DNA of 64,000 nucleotides from an uncultured delta proteobacterium. GTDB lineage: Bacteria; Bdellovibrionota; FAC87; UBA2466. The position numbers were made by a program, and so were the translations under genes. The notes under the pieces are model-generated. The model had not been told where the DNA came from and did not search any database. It worked only from the letters and a program-made list of their open reading frames with translations. The stretch lies in assembly GCA_963778115.1 (NCBI GenBank), contig CAVZSV010000004.1:489904-553903 (forward strand), given 5' to 3'. Each line of letters opens with the position of its first letter. The stretch's first letter is position 1. Shown one piece after another: positions 9,801-17,992 of this stretch.

Positions 9801-10379
9801 GGCCGCGATCCCTTCTCGCTGAGTGTCTTTCAAAATAAGAGCGGCCTCCTTTGGAGAAAGGTTTTGCCGTTCTTTGGGTGCTCGCGAGGAACTGACATAA
9901 GGATGAAGGGTATGTCCTCGAAGGGCTTTGAGAAGAAAGCGTTTTACTCGAACCGGTGAACTCTCAAGGTCGTAATCCTTGGGGATAAAAAGAGTCCGGT
10001 TGTTATTGGACTCGAAACGAAAATAGGGTTCGGATCCCTTTTCGACCCAAATAATATTGATGTCTTGTCCGGGACCAAACCCGGAAAGCGTGACTCCGTT
10101 GTCACGAATGCGCCAGGTCCGGTGTTCACCGGCCCCTATAAACATCGATCGGCGCCCTACGGTGGGAAGCAGATACTCTTTGAGAAACTGACGTTGGTGC
10201 GGCGGGAGTCGTTGAAACCTAAAACCCAACTGCTCTGTGAGGTAGGCGTCCCTCCAGGCTTGATCGCAAAGCGCTTTATCAAAGATCTCACGGGCAATAC
10301 TCGGTGAACCGGCACCCAAGACAAAGCAGCAGAGAAGTCGCAAAAGGAGGGTAGAGGATTTTGAAGGGGAACGGACCAT
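6828..10379 (-). CDS. Large SF2 (DEAD/DEAH-like) helicase with predicted N-terminal signal peptide and long C-terminal extension
   Basis: Walker A FVGPTGVGKT, motif II LFIDEAHNAG, helicase-C block LFTVGMLDEGINVPT...QRVGRVLR. The likely start is M34 of the tracked ORF, giving MVRSPSKSSTLLLRLLCCFVLGAGSPSIA. The tracked ORF reaches 10478. Confidence 0.7.
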   Translation of the reverse strand: MVRSPSKSSTLLLRLLCCFVLGAGSPSIAREIFDKALCDQAWRDAYLTEQLGFRFQRLPPHQRQFLKEYLLPTVGRRSMFIGAGEHRTWRIRDNGVTLSGFGPGQDINIIWVEKGSEPYFRFESNNNRTLFIPKDYDLESSPVRVKRFLLKALRGHTLHPYVSSSRAPKERQNLSPKEAALILKDTQREGIAAFEGAMEAGDDSFLFVGPTGVGKTIVMQGALTHLLQKNHDALASRAPGEGRKGIPSLHILFANQVGLVDQLHDDILAMPTHLGYETVRWGGTNRELTQAEKLAAANAPETIDELVRRAESGEPVVLVTTIQTIINKLDKGPFEDPEENRKMNIALLKDHLASLFIDEAHNAGAELTNHFLDDVRGISRNADVPNDRPPHGSAPVVGFTATPIRRDKDLISHVFHDNAFWAYLDNAEGYLKARGKFDRSATEILTQLQTALELGESHPFDTHFINPWHFQDETGHPLFLYPMKQGERVIMNPEQYGNVFNRLRPILENNEHLFFASPTTTEADNLAAFARNLHLKTPSGKEHVIGVLHSNLSPSDQAEIKEKFRKGEITMLFTVGMLDEGINVPTLTAYIDTNHSIAPKELLQRVGRVLRMTEGKVKRSDIVTFQDVNDSDTAMVMDALYNIAKRDYEQHERKIREPRKKRRPKDPTSKGNEEDDLDEADEKEPIVLAPEIVWTASDIEAARQKFFSSNRDHVRGVDAYNKIAQYISNKGAVDEIGGTDPEGRRIHDLLTDILDKPDDPVSMGFTRKSTEVGSPLFQQAIFDFQKRRSAWRKKIETAEGTAEVLQTFLDKRRAPPSLGKNATYGETEIAAAIDRFKHDKTFIKAVLKGNAGNFPSQLGIPPSEVTVARIDDFLERRKALPVPTSVLSSERDLADKLKMTIDSASPDTILDLARAFHDHTERYPQASAVGLEGRLGKALDGVVLDGLNDKDPSQGKQRLHDLVERRLTDDVDSFHLDILAMRDRAENERDAKANAEASSKDSSSKVTSKVANVRTQQLIGLLSSPNRAALGLPPPQKEVTIKLKGGKMGSKKLISFYTNAARSLGLTVAPVVEKEVGRDVYETSIAFQKTQDSPFPSDVFAFENSVCQVAYVDKITYTNNVRVEVIGVGTPPGPKDTVSRFFPTDDPRKKIKDKRNNREVQVQRGKDDGETFSDLFLQMTHQN

Positions 10380-10383
10380 CGGT

Positions 10384-10397
10384 AACTTATCGGAATA
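10384..10397 (-). promoter_or_regulatory. Sigma28-like -10 box (TATTCCGATAAGTT) 7 nt upstream of the helicase ATG
   Basis: This 14-mer is identical to 37123-37136, and its core recurs at 17103-17116 and 23051-23059. No clear TAAA -35 element here. Confidence 0.3.
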
Positions 10398-10438
10398 ACC
10401 ATATGAAATAATAAGGTAAAAATAGAAAATATGACCCA

Positions 10439-11020
10439 TTGCTCCAGGGGAAGCAATTTGGTATGAGGACCTTCCCAATGCGCGAAATGGCTTACATGAT
10501 CGGCCTCTTTCTTACCCTGTGCTCCTTCAGCCGAAGCATCGCGTTAAATGGGGATGGCCAGAAATTTTCAAAGCCTACTCCCTGTGGCGCCGATATCCAG
10601 AAATTAAGACGCCATCCGCTTTTCACTGAACAGGGAGAATTACTTCGATTGGCGTGGGTAGCCGAAGAAACCAAGGTAGGAAATCGGATCGACCCCTCTT
10701 ACAAAACTGACATTTCACGAAATCATTTCTATGAGGGGAACAGTTCAGAAAATTTCGCGGTCGCGTGTGCGTACGCGGCGGTACTATTTCAATTCCCCAG
10801 CCACACTATCTTGCTAAATCCAACTTCACTTGAGAGAGGAAGGTTTCAAGTGGCATCTTTGGGATTTCTTTCCAGCGTACAGTTCCAGATAATTCTTCAT
10901 CCCGACTTGCATTCGAGCCTTAATGAGGGGGAATGGAATGAACTTCAAGAATGGCTAACGCTGCTTCCTCGCACGTATCCCAAATCCGTCTTTATCGTGT
11001 ATGCGCCGGATTCCGATTAG
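10439..11020 (+). CDS. Secreted hypothetical protein
   Basis: 193-aa ORF with a signal-like MAYMIGLFLTLCSFSRSIA segment. Several possible starts (10439-10496). Convergent 4-nt overlap with the next gene. Confidence 0.45.
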   Translation: MLQGKQFGMRTFPMREMAYMIGLFLTLCSFSRSIALNGDGQKFSKPTPCGADIQKLRRHPLFTEQGELLRLAWVAEETKVGNRIDPSYKTDISRNHFYEGNSSENFAVACAYAAVLFQFPSHTILLNPTSLERGRFQVASLGFLSSVQFQIILHPDLHSSLNEGEWNELQEWLTLLPRTYPKSVFIVYAPDSD

Positions 11021-12207
11021 CGAACCCGTGGGACAACAAGAGTAATCCAAGTTCCTTTGCCTGCATAATTTCCCGCATCTACCGTTCCTCCGAAAGTAGC
11101 GACTGCCTTTTTTAATCCCTCCCATCCGGGACACTTGGAAAGATCAACACCCTGCCCGTCGGTAGAAATACCTAACCACAACCACTGGGATCGGTTCACG
11201 GTATCGGTGATGGCTTGGGCATCAAACTTAATAGACGCAGAAGATCGTTTACCTCGATACCTTCGAGTCTGTTCTGACTCTATGTCTTTGTCGATAAGTG
11301 CTGTCACCACTGATCCTAGACTCTTAAAGACAGGCTTTAGCATCGTTCCATCAACGGTCAGAGAGCCGCCGGAGAAAGACTCTGCCACTATGCGTTTATT
11401 GGCCAATTTCGATTGAAGCAACGTTAGGTAAAGTAACTGATTATAGAATACGTCGAGTTTGGGCTCCCACAACCGCTGTTGCGGTTGTGATTTCGTCGAT
11501 TGCGTTGTCTTGGCTAGAAAACTAGTAACCTGTTCGGGTATTCGAATCGCCGGAAAGAGTAGGAATAAGACAGAGCTGATGATGACGAGCACTAAAGGTG
11601 TCGCCCAAGCTGATATAAAGCTTCCGCGGGCTTTGCTTAATTCTTTATCTAGAGGGTAGTCGACTTGAAGGGTACCCACGACACGTCCGCCGTTACTGCG
11701 CAAGGGGGCGTAAGCGGTGACCCACTCATTACGCTGATCTTCATAAGGCCGAGTCGAAGTGGTGTCTCCGCTACGAATGCTTTTGATAGCCTCTTTAGTC
11801 CAGGGTAGCTCAATCCCTACAAAAGCATCTTTGCCAGAAAGGCCAAAGGCGATGGCTCGCTGATGCGCGGCCGGTGAGGAGAACCACGCTTGTACCAAAT
11901 TCGCGGATATCATTGGAGTAAGCGATTGAGATATTTTGCGAAGGCCGGCGCTAATACTGGCAGCAAAATCTGTTTTTCCCCCCCGTACCAACTCATTTTC
12001 AGTGATCGCAATTTCGCGCCCATCCCAAAGAGCGGCCGCCTTTTTGGCAAGCTGCTCCGCGTGGTATGACGAACTTTTTTCGAATTCCGAGACCGCACCA
12101 TGATAGCGCAAATCGGCCCAGCAGACGCTTAGAGCCACCAAGACCAATAAAATGGCGTAATCCATTTTGGTCACGATAGGAAAAGAGAATGGGGTAACTT
12201 CTTGCAT
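11017..12207 (-). CDS. Membrane sensor protein: Cache-like periplasmic domain + HATPase_c-like C-terminus
   Basis: Two TM segments flank a region ending WVTAYAPLRSNGGRVVGTLQVDYPLD (Cache-like). The C-terminus WLWLGISTDGQGVD...GGTVDAGNYAGKGTWITLVVP resembles a histidine-kinase ATPase. No clear phospho-acceptor His box. Confidence 0.5.
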   Translation of the reverse strand: MQEVTPFSFPIVTKMDYAILLVLVALSVCWADLRYHGAVSEFEKSSSYHAEQLAKKAAALWDGREIAITENELVRGGKTDFAASISAGLRKISQSLTPMISANLVQAWFSSPAAHQRAIAFGLSGKDAFVGIELPWTKEAIKSIRSGDTTSTRPYEDQRNEWVTAYAPLRSNGGRVVGTLQVDYPLDKELSKARGSFISAWATPLVLVIISSVLFLLFPAIRIPEQVTSFLAKTTQSTKSQPQQRLWEPKLDVFYNQLLYLTLLQSKLANKRIVAESFSGGSLTVDGTMLKPVFKSLGSVVTALIDKDIESEQTRRYRGKRSSASIKFDAQAITDTVNRSQWLWLGISTDGQGVDLSKCPGWEGLKKAVATFGGTVDAGNYAGKGTWITLVVPRVR

Positions 12208-12227
12208 AAGATTTTTGGGTGACTCAC

Positions 12228-12953
12228 TCAGAAAATTCTTAGTGTCACTCGTCGATTCTTTATCTGATTTTCGGGAATTGGCTGCCCCTTACTATCTCGG
12301 TTAGGAGCGATAGGTTCGCAATCCCCATGAGCCATCAGAACGGTTCGTTTGGAAAATTCTGGAGAAAGGTTCATGGCATAGAGAACATAAAGGGCCCGTT
12401 TCGCTGAAAGATCCCAGTTATCTTCGATGGTCTTGGTATGAATGGGAGTGTCATCGGTGTGCCCCTCAATGCCTAGTTTGTAAGGCGCCGGAATCTTCTC
12501 CAAAGTCTTAGCTAAAAGTCTCAAAATCTCAGTTCCGGCATCGGTCGGCCGGTACTCGCCGCTGGAAAAGAGAACTTTATCTTTGATCTCTACTCGCAGA
12601 CTGTCGTCTACCTGCTTTACACTAATCTGATCTTGCAGTTTTCTTTCGGTGACCCAAGCATTCAAATTTTGTTTTAGTTGATCGACCGGAGTTTTGGGCA
12701 TGTTTTCGTGGCGGATCTGAGCGACTAGTTTTCGAAACTCGTTCTGTTTTATCTGCTTATAGCTAAAACTGAACATCACCACGAAAAAGATGAATAGCAA
12801 CATCATCAGATCGCTTAAGCTTACGAGCCATAGATACTCGCCCGTATCTGGCATTCGTTTCGGCACGACTGATTTCACGTAGGGGATCCTTTGGTTAGGC
12901 GACTCTTCGTATCTCTTGCGTCTCTTCTGATGGAATTTGAGCGGAGTCCGCAA
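12228..12953 (-). CDS. motB: MotB/OmpA-family stator protein
   Basis: TM plug region LVSLSDLMMLLFIFFVVMF with the conserved Asp. OmpA-like end GHTDDTP...NWDLSAKRA...NRRVTLRIF. The start may be internal (M34, 12854). Confidence 0.75.
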   Translation of the reverse strand: MRTPLKFHQKRRKRYEESPNQRIPYVKSVVPKRMPDTGEYLWLVSLSDLMMLLFIFFVVMFSFSYKQIKQNEFRKLVAQIRHENMPKTPVDQLKQNLNAWVTERKLQDQISVKQVDDSLRVEIKDKVLFSSGEYRPTDAGTEILRLLAKTLEKIPAPYKLGIEGHTDDTPIHTKTIEDNWDLSAKRALYVLYAMNLSPEFSKRTVLMAHGDCEPIAPNRDSKGQPIPENQIKNRRVTLRIF

Positions 12954-13674
12954 AATATTCGGTGGGTTTGCGCTTTTCTAACAGCTCAAGCCATCGAATC
13001 ACTTGATTGTATCCATTCAATTCGACTTCGAGCACGCGCTCAACCTTTTGCTGCAGTGGGGTCCACACCACGAGCGAAAAGAAAAGGCCATAGAAAGTGG
13101 TGAGCAACGCCAAACTCATATGAGAACCTATCTGCGAAGGATCGGAAATGGATGACAGTAGTTCCACCATGCCTAAGATGGTTCCCAACATTCCCACTGA
13201 AGGGGCTAAACGGACGCCCATACCCAAGGCCCCCATGCACTGAAACAGGTGATTGTGAGTGCGATCCCTTTCAATCTCAAGCATCTCGCGGATATCTGTA
13301 GTAGGAATACGAATGGCCATTCGATCGATGACCTTCTGCACGTAATCGGAAACGCCTTTGGTCTCCAGATCGTCGAAAGCCTTTGCCCCTTCACTGTAAA
13401 ACAGACTCCCTACACGTTGTAAAAACACGGCCTCTTTTTCATGCTTTGTCTGCCTTCTAGACGCCGAAGTTCCAAATACCCAGCGAAACGTTCGAAATAA
13501 GATCGTCCAGTCGGAGCAAGTGATAACCAAAGCAATGGGACCAAGGCCGGTAAGCACCATCGCGGGCCAGTGAAAGATCCGAAAGGCTCCCGTGGCAAAG
13601 GCAGTCCCTTCAAAGTTGTACACGACTGCGAGGCAACCCAAGAGCCCCATGAGTCCAAAGATCCGCGTTATCAT
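12895..13674 (-). CDS. motA: MotA-family stator/proton-channel protein
   Basis: 259 aa. APSVGMLGTILGMVELL...MSLALLTTFYGLFFSLVVWTPL matches the MotA/PomA channel helices. Confidence 0.75.
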   Translation of the reverse strand: MITRIFGLMGLLGCLAVVYNFEGTAFATGAFRIFHWPAMVLTGLGPIALVITCSDWTILFRTFRWVFGTSASRRQTKHEKEAVFLQRVGSLFYSEGAKAFDDLETKGVSDYVQKVIDRMAIRIPTTDIREMLEIERDRTHNHLFQCMGALGMGVRLAPSVGMLGTILGMVELLSSISDPSQIGSHMSLALLTTFYGLFFSLVVWTPLQQKVERVLEVELNGYNQVIRWLELLEKRKPTEYFADSAQIPSEETQEIRRVA

Positions 13675-15422
13675 GCCATGGCCTCCCTAATGCGCCGAGT
13701 GAGAGAGACCCGGGCACTTTGTGTTGCTTCTTCCGACGCTCCCTTTGCGGATCGCAACTGACTTATCAGGAAACTCTTTCGTCTCGGCGAAAGGGCATCC
13801 AAAATGACATCGACGGTGTCTTGCGAACACGTCGCTAAAGCCATTGCAAGCTCTTCGTTGTCGACATCCGAGAGTATTTTTCGAAGTAAGTTATCCGGAA
13901 AGGAAGCTACGTCCTCTAGCTTAAATTTGTATTTTCTTAGCGTGGGAGAGATGTTGGGATTGGTGGTTTCAAGATCTCTGATGAGCTCCTCTTGATGGGT
14001 GCTCTCCGAAAGAACGGTTCCCCAGAAATCGACATCTTCGCTGGGAGAGCCGTAGAACCGCTGCGGCATCCGCTGTACCGAGGTTCTCACATCACGTTCT
14101 ATTTCCGCTATCTGGCTGAAGTTAATTTGCTGGACCGAGGGAACCTGAGCCAAGATCTCTTGTCGTTTGCCGGGCTCTAAAGTATCGAGCACCATCGCCG
14201 ATTGCCTTGCTTTCATAAAACGCAGCATTAAGCACACAGCGACGGGATTTTCCTGATTGGCCAGGGCCAATAGCTGCTCATTATTAAGACTCTGTAGAAA
14301 TCCAAAAAACTGCCGATCCTGCCAGTCTGCGGTCTCGGCAAATTCATCAAAGCTTTTTTCATGCTTTGCTAAAATTTCGTCGGGCTCCACAGCAGGGATA
14401 TCACTGCCCACGGGCCGAGCGATTTGCAAGCCATCCAAAAAGTTATCAAAAGCGGGTCCCGAGAGGACCGAATACAACTCATTCTGGACTTCGGCCGATA
14501 GCTTTGCCCAATACTGCGAAAAAGCACCGGACCGAGTCAGGAATCGTTCCAAAAGACGTTTCCGACGGAAAGCGACTTCTGCCTTTTCATCCAATGCCTC
14601 GTCGTTCTTAGACGCCGATGCCGTGCGGTAACCTAAGGTTCTAGCAGCTTCAAGGATCTTGGGGATGGCCTGCTCATGGCCGCTTGCCGATCTTCGGCGC
14701 TTTGCTCTTGGAGAGGAGGAAGGGGCTTGGTAATTTTTTTCCCGACGGGTACCCACAACTAAAAGAAGAGCCAACAAGAAAACGACCAGCATCAGTAAAA
14801 TGAGCCCGGCCCACCGGGCAAACCGCCAGAGCACCTCTTCTACCGTGGGAGGAGGCGGCGGCTCGGGCTTTTTCACTTCTTCTTTGGGAGGCGGCAACGG
14901 CTTTTCCACTTCCTTGACTGGCTTTAGCATCGGCATCTGGGAAAAGCTGACCACCGAACGCCTGGGAAAATTGGTACCCATATAGTTTTGAGTGAGCATT
15001 TTAGCGCGCGTTACTAGTCCGGGCGCCAGACTCTCATCAAGACCAATTTGCGCTATCACCATTCTAAGGACGGGAGTTTCGACGTTTCGAAACACTTGAC
15101 GCTCATGCCGGGGAAGTTGGGGGGATTCCTTTCTCTCCACTTCGGGCTCAAAGCCAGGCATGACCGGGATCGGATCTTGGTGTTTAGATTCGACGAGCTG
15201 TTCGTCGAGGGTTTCTCCTTCGATCAGTTCCCTATGGTTTTCCGTCTCAACTTGAGCGTTCACTTGGACCAGAAACTGTTCGCGCGGCATCATATGGCCC
15301 AGCAAATTATCCAAATCGGTTTGGACTTTGCTCTCCACAGCGAAAGGATCCAAAGTGGCGTAGGCGTAGGAAGGCAGCCACGCCGAAATAATGATGAGTA
15401 AAATGAAAAGAAGCCACTTCAT
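13671..15422 (-). CDS. Membrane-anchored FliG-like (FliG middle + C-terminal / MgtE_N-like) protein with periplasmic N-terminal domain
   Basis: 583 aa. Signal peptide, ~190-aa exported part, Pro/Glu/Lys linker, TM WAGLILLMLVVFLLALLLVVG. Then QENPVAVCLMLRFMKARQSAMVLDTLEPGKRQEILAQV and FKLEDVASFPDNLLRKILSDVDNEELAMALATCSQDTVDVILDALSPRRKSFL, which read like the FliG_M and FliG_C signatures. 4-nt overlaps with both neighbours. Confidence 0.55.
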   Translation of the reverse strand: MKWLLFILLIIISAWLPSYAYATLDPFAVESKVQTDLDNLLGHMMPREQFLVQVNAQVETENHRELIEGETLDEQLVESKHQDPIPVMPGFEPEVERKESPQLPRHERQVFRNVETPVLRMVIAQIGLDESLAPGLVTRAKMLTQNYMGTNFPRRSVVSFSQMPMLKPVKEVEKPLPPPKEEVKKPEPPPPPTVEEVLWRFARWAGLILLMLVVFLLALLLVVGTRREKNYQAPSSSPRAKRRRSASGHEQAIPKILEAARTLGYRTASASKNDEALDEKAEVAFRRKRLLERFLTRSGAFSQYWAKLSAEVQNELYSVLSGPAFDNFLDGLQIARPVGSDIPAVEPDEILAKHEKSFDEFAETADWQDRQFFGFLQSLNNEQLLALANQENPVAVCLMLRFMKARQSAMVLDTLEPGKRQEILAQVPSVQQINFSQIAEIERDVRTSVQRMPQRFYGSPSEDVDFWGTVLSESTHQEELIRDLETTNPNISPTLRKYKFKLEDVASFPDNLLRKILSDVDNEELAMALATCSQDTVDVILDALSPRRKSFLISQLRSAKGASEEATQSARVSLTRRIREAMA

Positions 15423-16084
15423 TTATATCGCTCCAAGAGCGTCTTAACTTGGGGATTCGTAGGCTCAAGGGACTGCGCTTTTTCCCAGGATTTCTTGGCC
15501 AAGTCCTTTTGATTTTGGACGTACATGAGGCTACCTTTCATGATCCATCCGCGCACATAGTCAGGCTTTTTCCTTAAGATCTCTTCGACATCTTCACTTG
15601 CTTCAAAAAATTTCCCTTGGTTATAAAAATGGTTGGCTTCGATAACGAGCTTGTCCGTGTCGTCATATTCCACCACGAGGGGTGCCAGAGGAGGCAGTGA
15701 TTGCGGCTTTCGATCTTTGTCGGCTACTTTCTGAGTGTCAAAATCATCCGCGTCATCGTCGTCATCCGCATCAGCGTCCTCTTTAGACGATTTGGACTTT
15801 TTCTTGGAAGCCTCTCTTTTATGATCGGCTTTATCATCATCAGAATCATTGTCGGAGGTCGTGTTCTTACTGGGATAGACAGGCTTTAGATCAGACAAAG
15901 GAATCTCTATTTTATAGTTCCCGTTGTTCTTAAATCCGATGTCTCCTACCAAAGTCTTAGTTCCCCATGGCGTAACCAACTCTAAATTGTCGCCGGTTTC
16001 TTTCACCGAAAATTGATCAAGTGCGGAGCTATCCGCTGAAACGAGAAGTACTAAGGGCAGTAACAAGTAGCTTCTTTTTCCCAT
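15419..16084 (-). CDS. Secreted TPR-like protein with poly-acidic linker
   Basis: Signal peptide. D/K/S-rich low-complexity stretch (DADADDDDDADD). C-terminal TPR-like helices (YNQGKFFEASEDVEEILRKKPDYVRGWIMKGSL...). Confidence 0.55.
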   Translation of the reverse strand: MGKRSYLLLPLVLLVSADSSALDQFSVKETGDNLELVTPWGTKTLVGDIGFKNNGNYKIEIPLSDLKPVYPSKNTTSDNDSDDDKADHKREASKKKSKSSKEDADADDDDDADDFDTQKVADKDRKPQSLPPLAPLVVEYDDTDKLVIEANHFYNQGKFFEASEDVEEILRKKPDYVRGWIMKGSLMYVQNQKDLAKKSWEKAQSLEPTNPQVKTLLERYK

Positions 16085-16100
16085 CGTCGTGATTTCGCCG

Positions 16101-17045
16101 TTATCTTCCTAAGGAGAATCCAACATGGAATCCCGCGTATCCTTTCACTTCGTTCATGGGGTCGGTTCCCAGAGGCAGTAAATAGACCACCTCCGCTCCA
16201 AGCACCGCAAAGGATCCTAGGAACAACTCGTATGCTCCCCTGACCGCGATTCCTTTTGCCGATCCCGAAAATCCATAGCCCGCTCCAAAATCAAAGGAAT
16301 AAGCAAGGCCACTCAGTCCAAACCTCCCGTTAAAGGCCAGTGTGGGATCAATATCGATTAGAGTCGAAGGGCCTCCGGAAACCATGCCGATATCGAGGCC
16401 GCCTTTTCCAAAGCCGATGTCTTCCAAAAGGAGCACATTGGCCCCTGTCAGTACGGCAGTGCCTCCTCCATCAGAGCTTTTTGAAAGGTCCGTTCCCAGA
16501 CCGAACAGTGCCAAAAACTGAACCGCGCTATCGGAAATATTCAAAGCGGGAATCGTAAAATGCTCCGCTTGAATGACTTGCCCTTGTGGATTCGAATAGA
16601 CCACGACTTGGGCTAGCAGATTTAGACTCGTTCGATAGAGATCTACGGTGATAAAGGCTTCGACAGGATATTTGCTGCCAATCTTTTTGAGCGTCTCCTG
16701 ATCAGGAGCCCCTTTAGTGATGATGACTCTGTCGTCTTCTACCGTCAGCCTGGGAGATCGGCATTCGGAACACGATCTAACATTGGCAATTCGGCGTGCC
16801 GCCATTCCTTTTAGGATCTCGGCCTCTACCACGTCGCTAAAATCTTGTTCCAAAGGCAAATTGGAATGGACCGAAAAAATAGCCACCGATGCCGGCCGCG
16901 GTACGATCCTTGAATACCATTCAGAAATTTCATCCCCGACGGTAGCCGCCGCTTTAAATTCAGCTTCTTCGGGAGGGCGAGCGTAAGAGGAGAAGCTACC
17001 GAAGACAGAAGTCAAAAGGAGTAGAGGTAAAATAAGTTTTTTCAT
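16101..17045 (-). CDS. Secreted protein, probable outer-membrane/periplasmic scaffold
   Basis: Signal peptide MKKLILPLLLLTSVFGSFSSYA. The C-terminal half is Gly/aromatic-rich alternating strands (beta-barrel-like). First gene of the mot-containing operon. Confidence 0.5.
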   Translation of the reverse strand: MKKLILPLLLLTSVFGSFSSYARPPEEAEFKAAATVGDEISEWYSRIVPRPASVAIFSVHSNLPLEQDFSDVVEAEILKGMAARRIANVRSCSECRSPRLTVEDDRVIITKGAPDQETLKKIGSKYPVEAFITVDLYRTSLNLLAQVVVYSNPQGQVIQAEHFTIPALNISDSAVQFLALFGLGTDLSKSSDGGGTAVLTGANVLLLEDIGFGKGGLDIGMVSGGPSTLIDIDPTLAFNGRFGLSGLAYSFDFGAGYGFSGSAKGIAVRGAYELFLGSFAVLGAEVVYLLPLGTDPMNEVKGYAGFHVGFSLGR

Positions 17046-17102
17046 AGGGTCGCTTTAACTCGACGCATCACAAAACGACATTATTGACACTCACTACCGA
17101 TT

Positions 17103-17116
17103 TACTTATCGGAATT
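17103..17116 (-). promoter_or_regulatory. Sigma28-like -10 box (AATTCCGATAAGTA) ~60 nt upstream of the 17045 operon start
   Basis: Shares the core TTCCGATAAGT with sites at 10384 and 37123. Only a weak -35 (TGAAAC) element. Confidence 0.35.
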
Positions 17117-17192
17117 TGTCGTTCGTTTCATAAAGCGTACAAATTAGAGAAAAAGTGGGGGGATCTTTGGTTTGAGGTTATGATCAAAAAGT

Positions 17193-17918
17193 ATGCGAAA
17201 GGTCCGATATCTCGCAGTCCTTCTAGCCACTTTCGCGGGAACTGCATGGGCATTGCCTGAACGCGTCGGGTCGATCGATATCATGATGGGGCCGCCCCAG
17301 ATAGTGGCGCTCGAAGCACAGGTCGTGCTCTGGAAACATTGGCAGGTTGGATTCGGTTACGGAATTATTCCTGGGGTTGGACCGGCGCTTAGCAACATCA
17401 TTAACATCCCTTCGGAGCAGTACACGATTCCAGGCGGATCGATCTACAAATTGGTTCCCTCAGCGACTTATGGACTGAGCTCGCTTTCGCCCTTTATCCG
17501 CTTTTTTCCGCGCGATGATAATTTTTATATCCAACTGACCTACGGATTCTTGCGTGCGACCGCCGACGTAACGGCAACGCTTTCGCCGGTGAGTACCACA
17601 CTCCCCATTTCCGGTTCGCTCAGTGGAAACATTACCGTCCTCCAATCGGTACCGACCATAGCGGTGGGAAACCTTTGGATGAGTAAAGCCTTCTTTTTTA
17701 ATTTAAGCCTTGGGGCCTCCTTCTTTTTTACCACTACCGCCAGCGTTACTTTGAGCGGCTTTGTTCCGGATGCAAGTAGTTCCACTAGTTCCAACCAAGC
17801 GGCCATCAATACCGTGACCACTCAGTTACAAAACTCCATCGTCCAGTCGGTAAACTCGGTCAAATCGCAGCTATTTCTCATCCCATCCATCAATTTCGCA
17901 ATGGGTATTGTCCTTTAA
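17193..17918 (+). CDS. Secreted beta-rich (outer-membrane-like) hypothetical protein
   Basis: 241 aa. Signal peptide MRKVRYLAVLLATFAGTAWA. Alternating hydrophobic strands. Confidence 0.5.
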   Translation: MRKVRYLAVLLATFAGTAWALPERVGSIDIMMGPPQIVALEAQVVLWKHWQVGFGYGIIPGVGPALSNIINIPSEQYTIPGGSIYKLVPSATYGLSSLSPFIRFFPRDDNFYIQLTYGFLRATADVTATLSPVSTTLPISGSLSGNITVLQSVPTIAVGNLWMSKAFFFNLSLGASFFFTTTASVTLSGFVPDASSSTSSNQAAINTVTTQLQNSIVQSVNSVKSQLFLIPSINFAMGIVL

Positions 17919-17992
17919 CCACTTTTTCGTCTTTCTCTAAAAAAGAGATCGCCAAACCCTCAAAAATAACTATCCTTCGGGGCGGAGAATTT

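Noticed and set aside
6828-13674. Possible Zorya-like defence system (MotA/MotB homologues near a >1000-aa SF2 helicase)
   Set aside because: MotA here is ordinary length (259 aa), without the long ZorA tail. The helicase carries a signal-like N-terminus. It is also separated from the mot operon by an oppositely oriented gene and a sensor gene. No ZorC-like or ZorE-like gene is recognisable.
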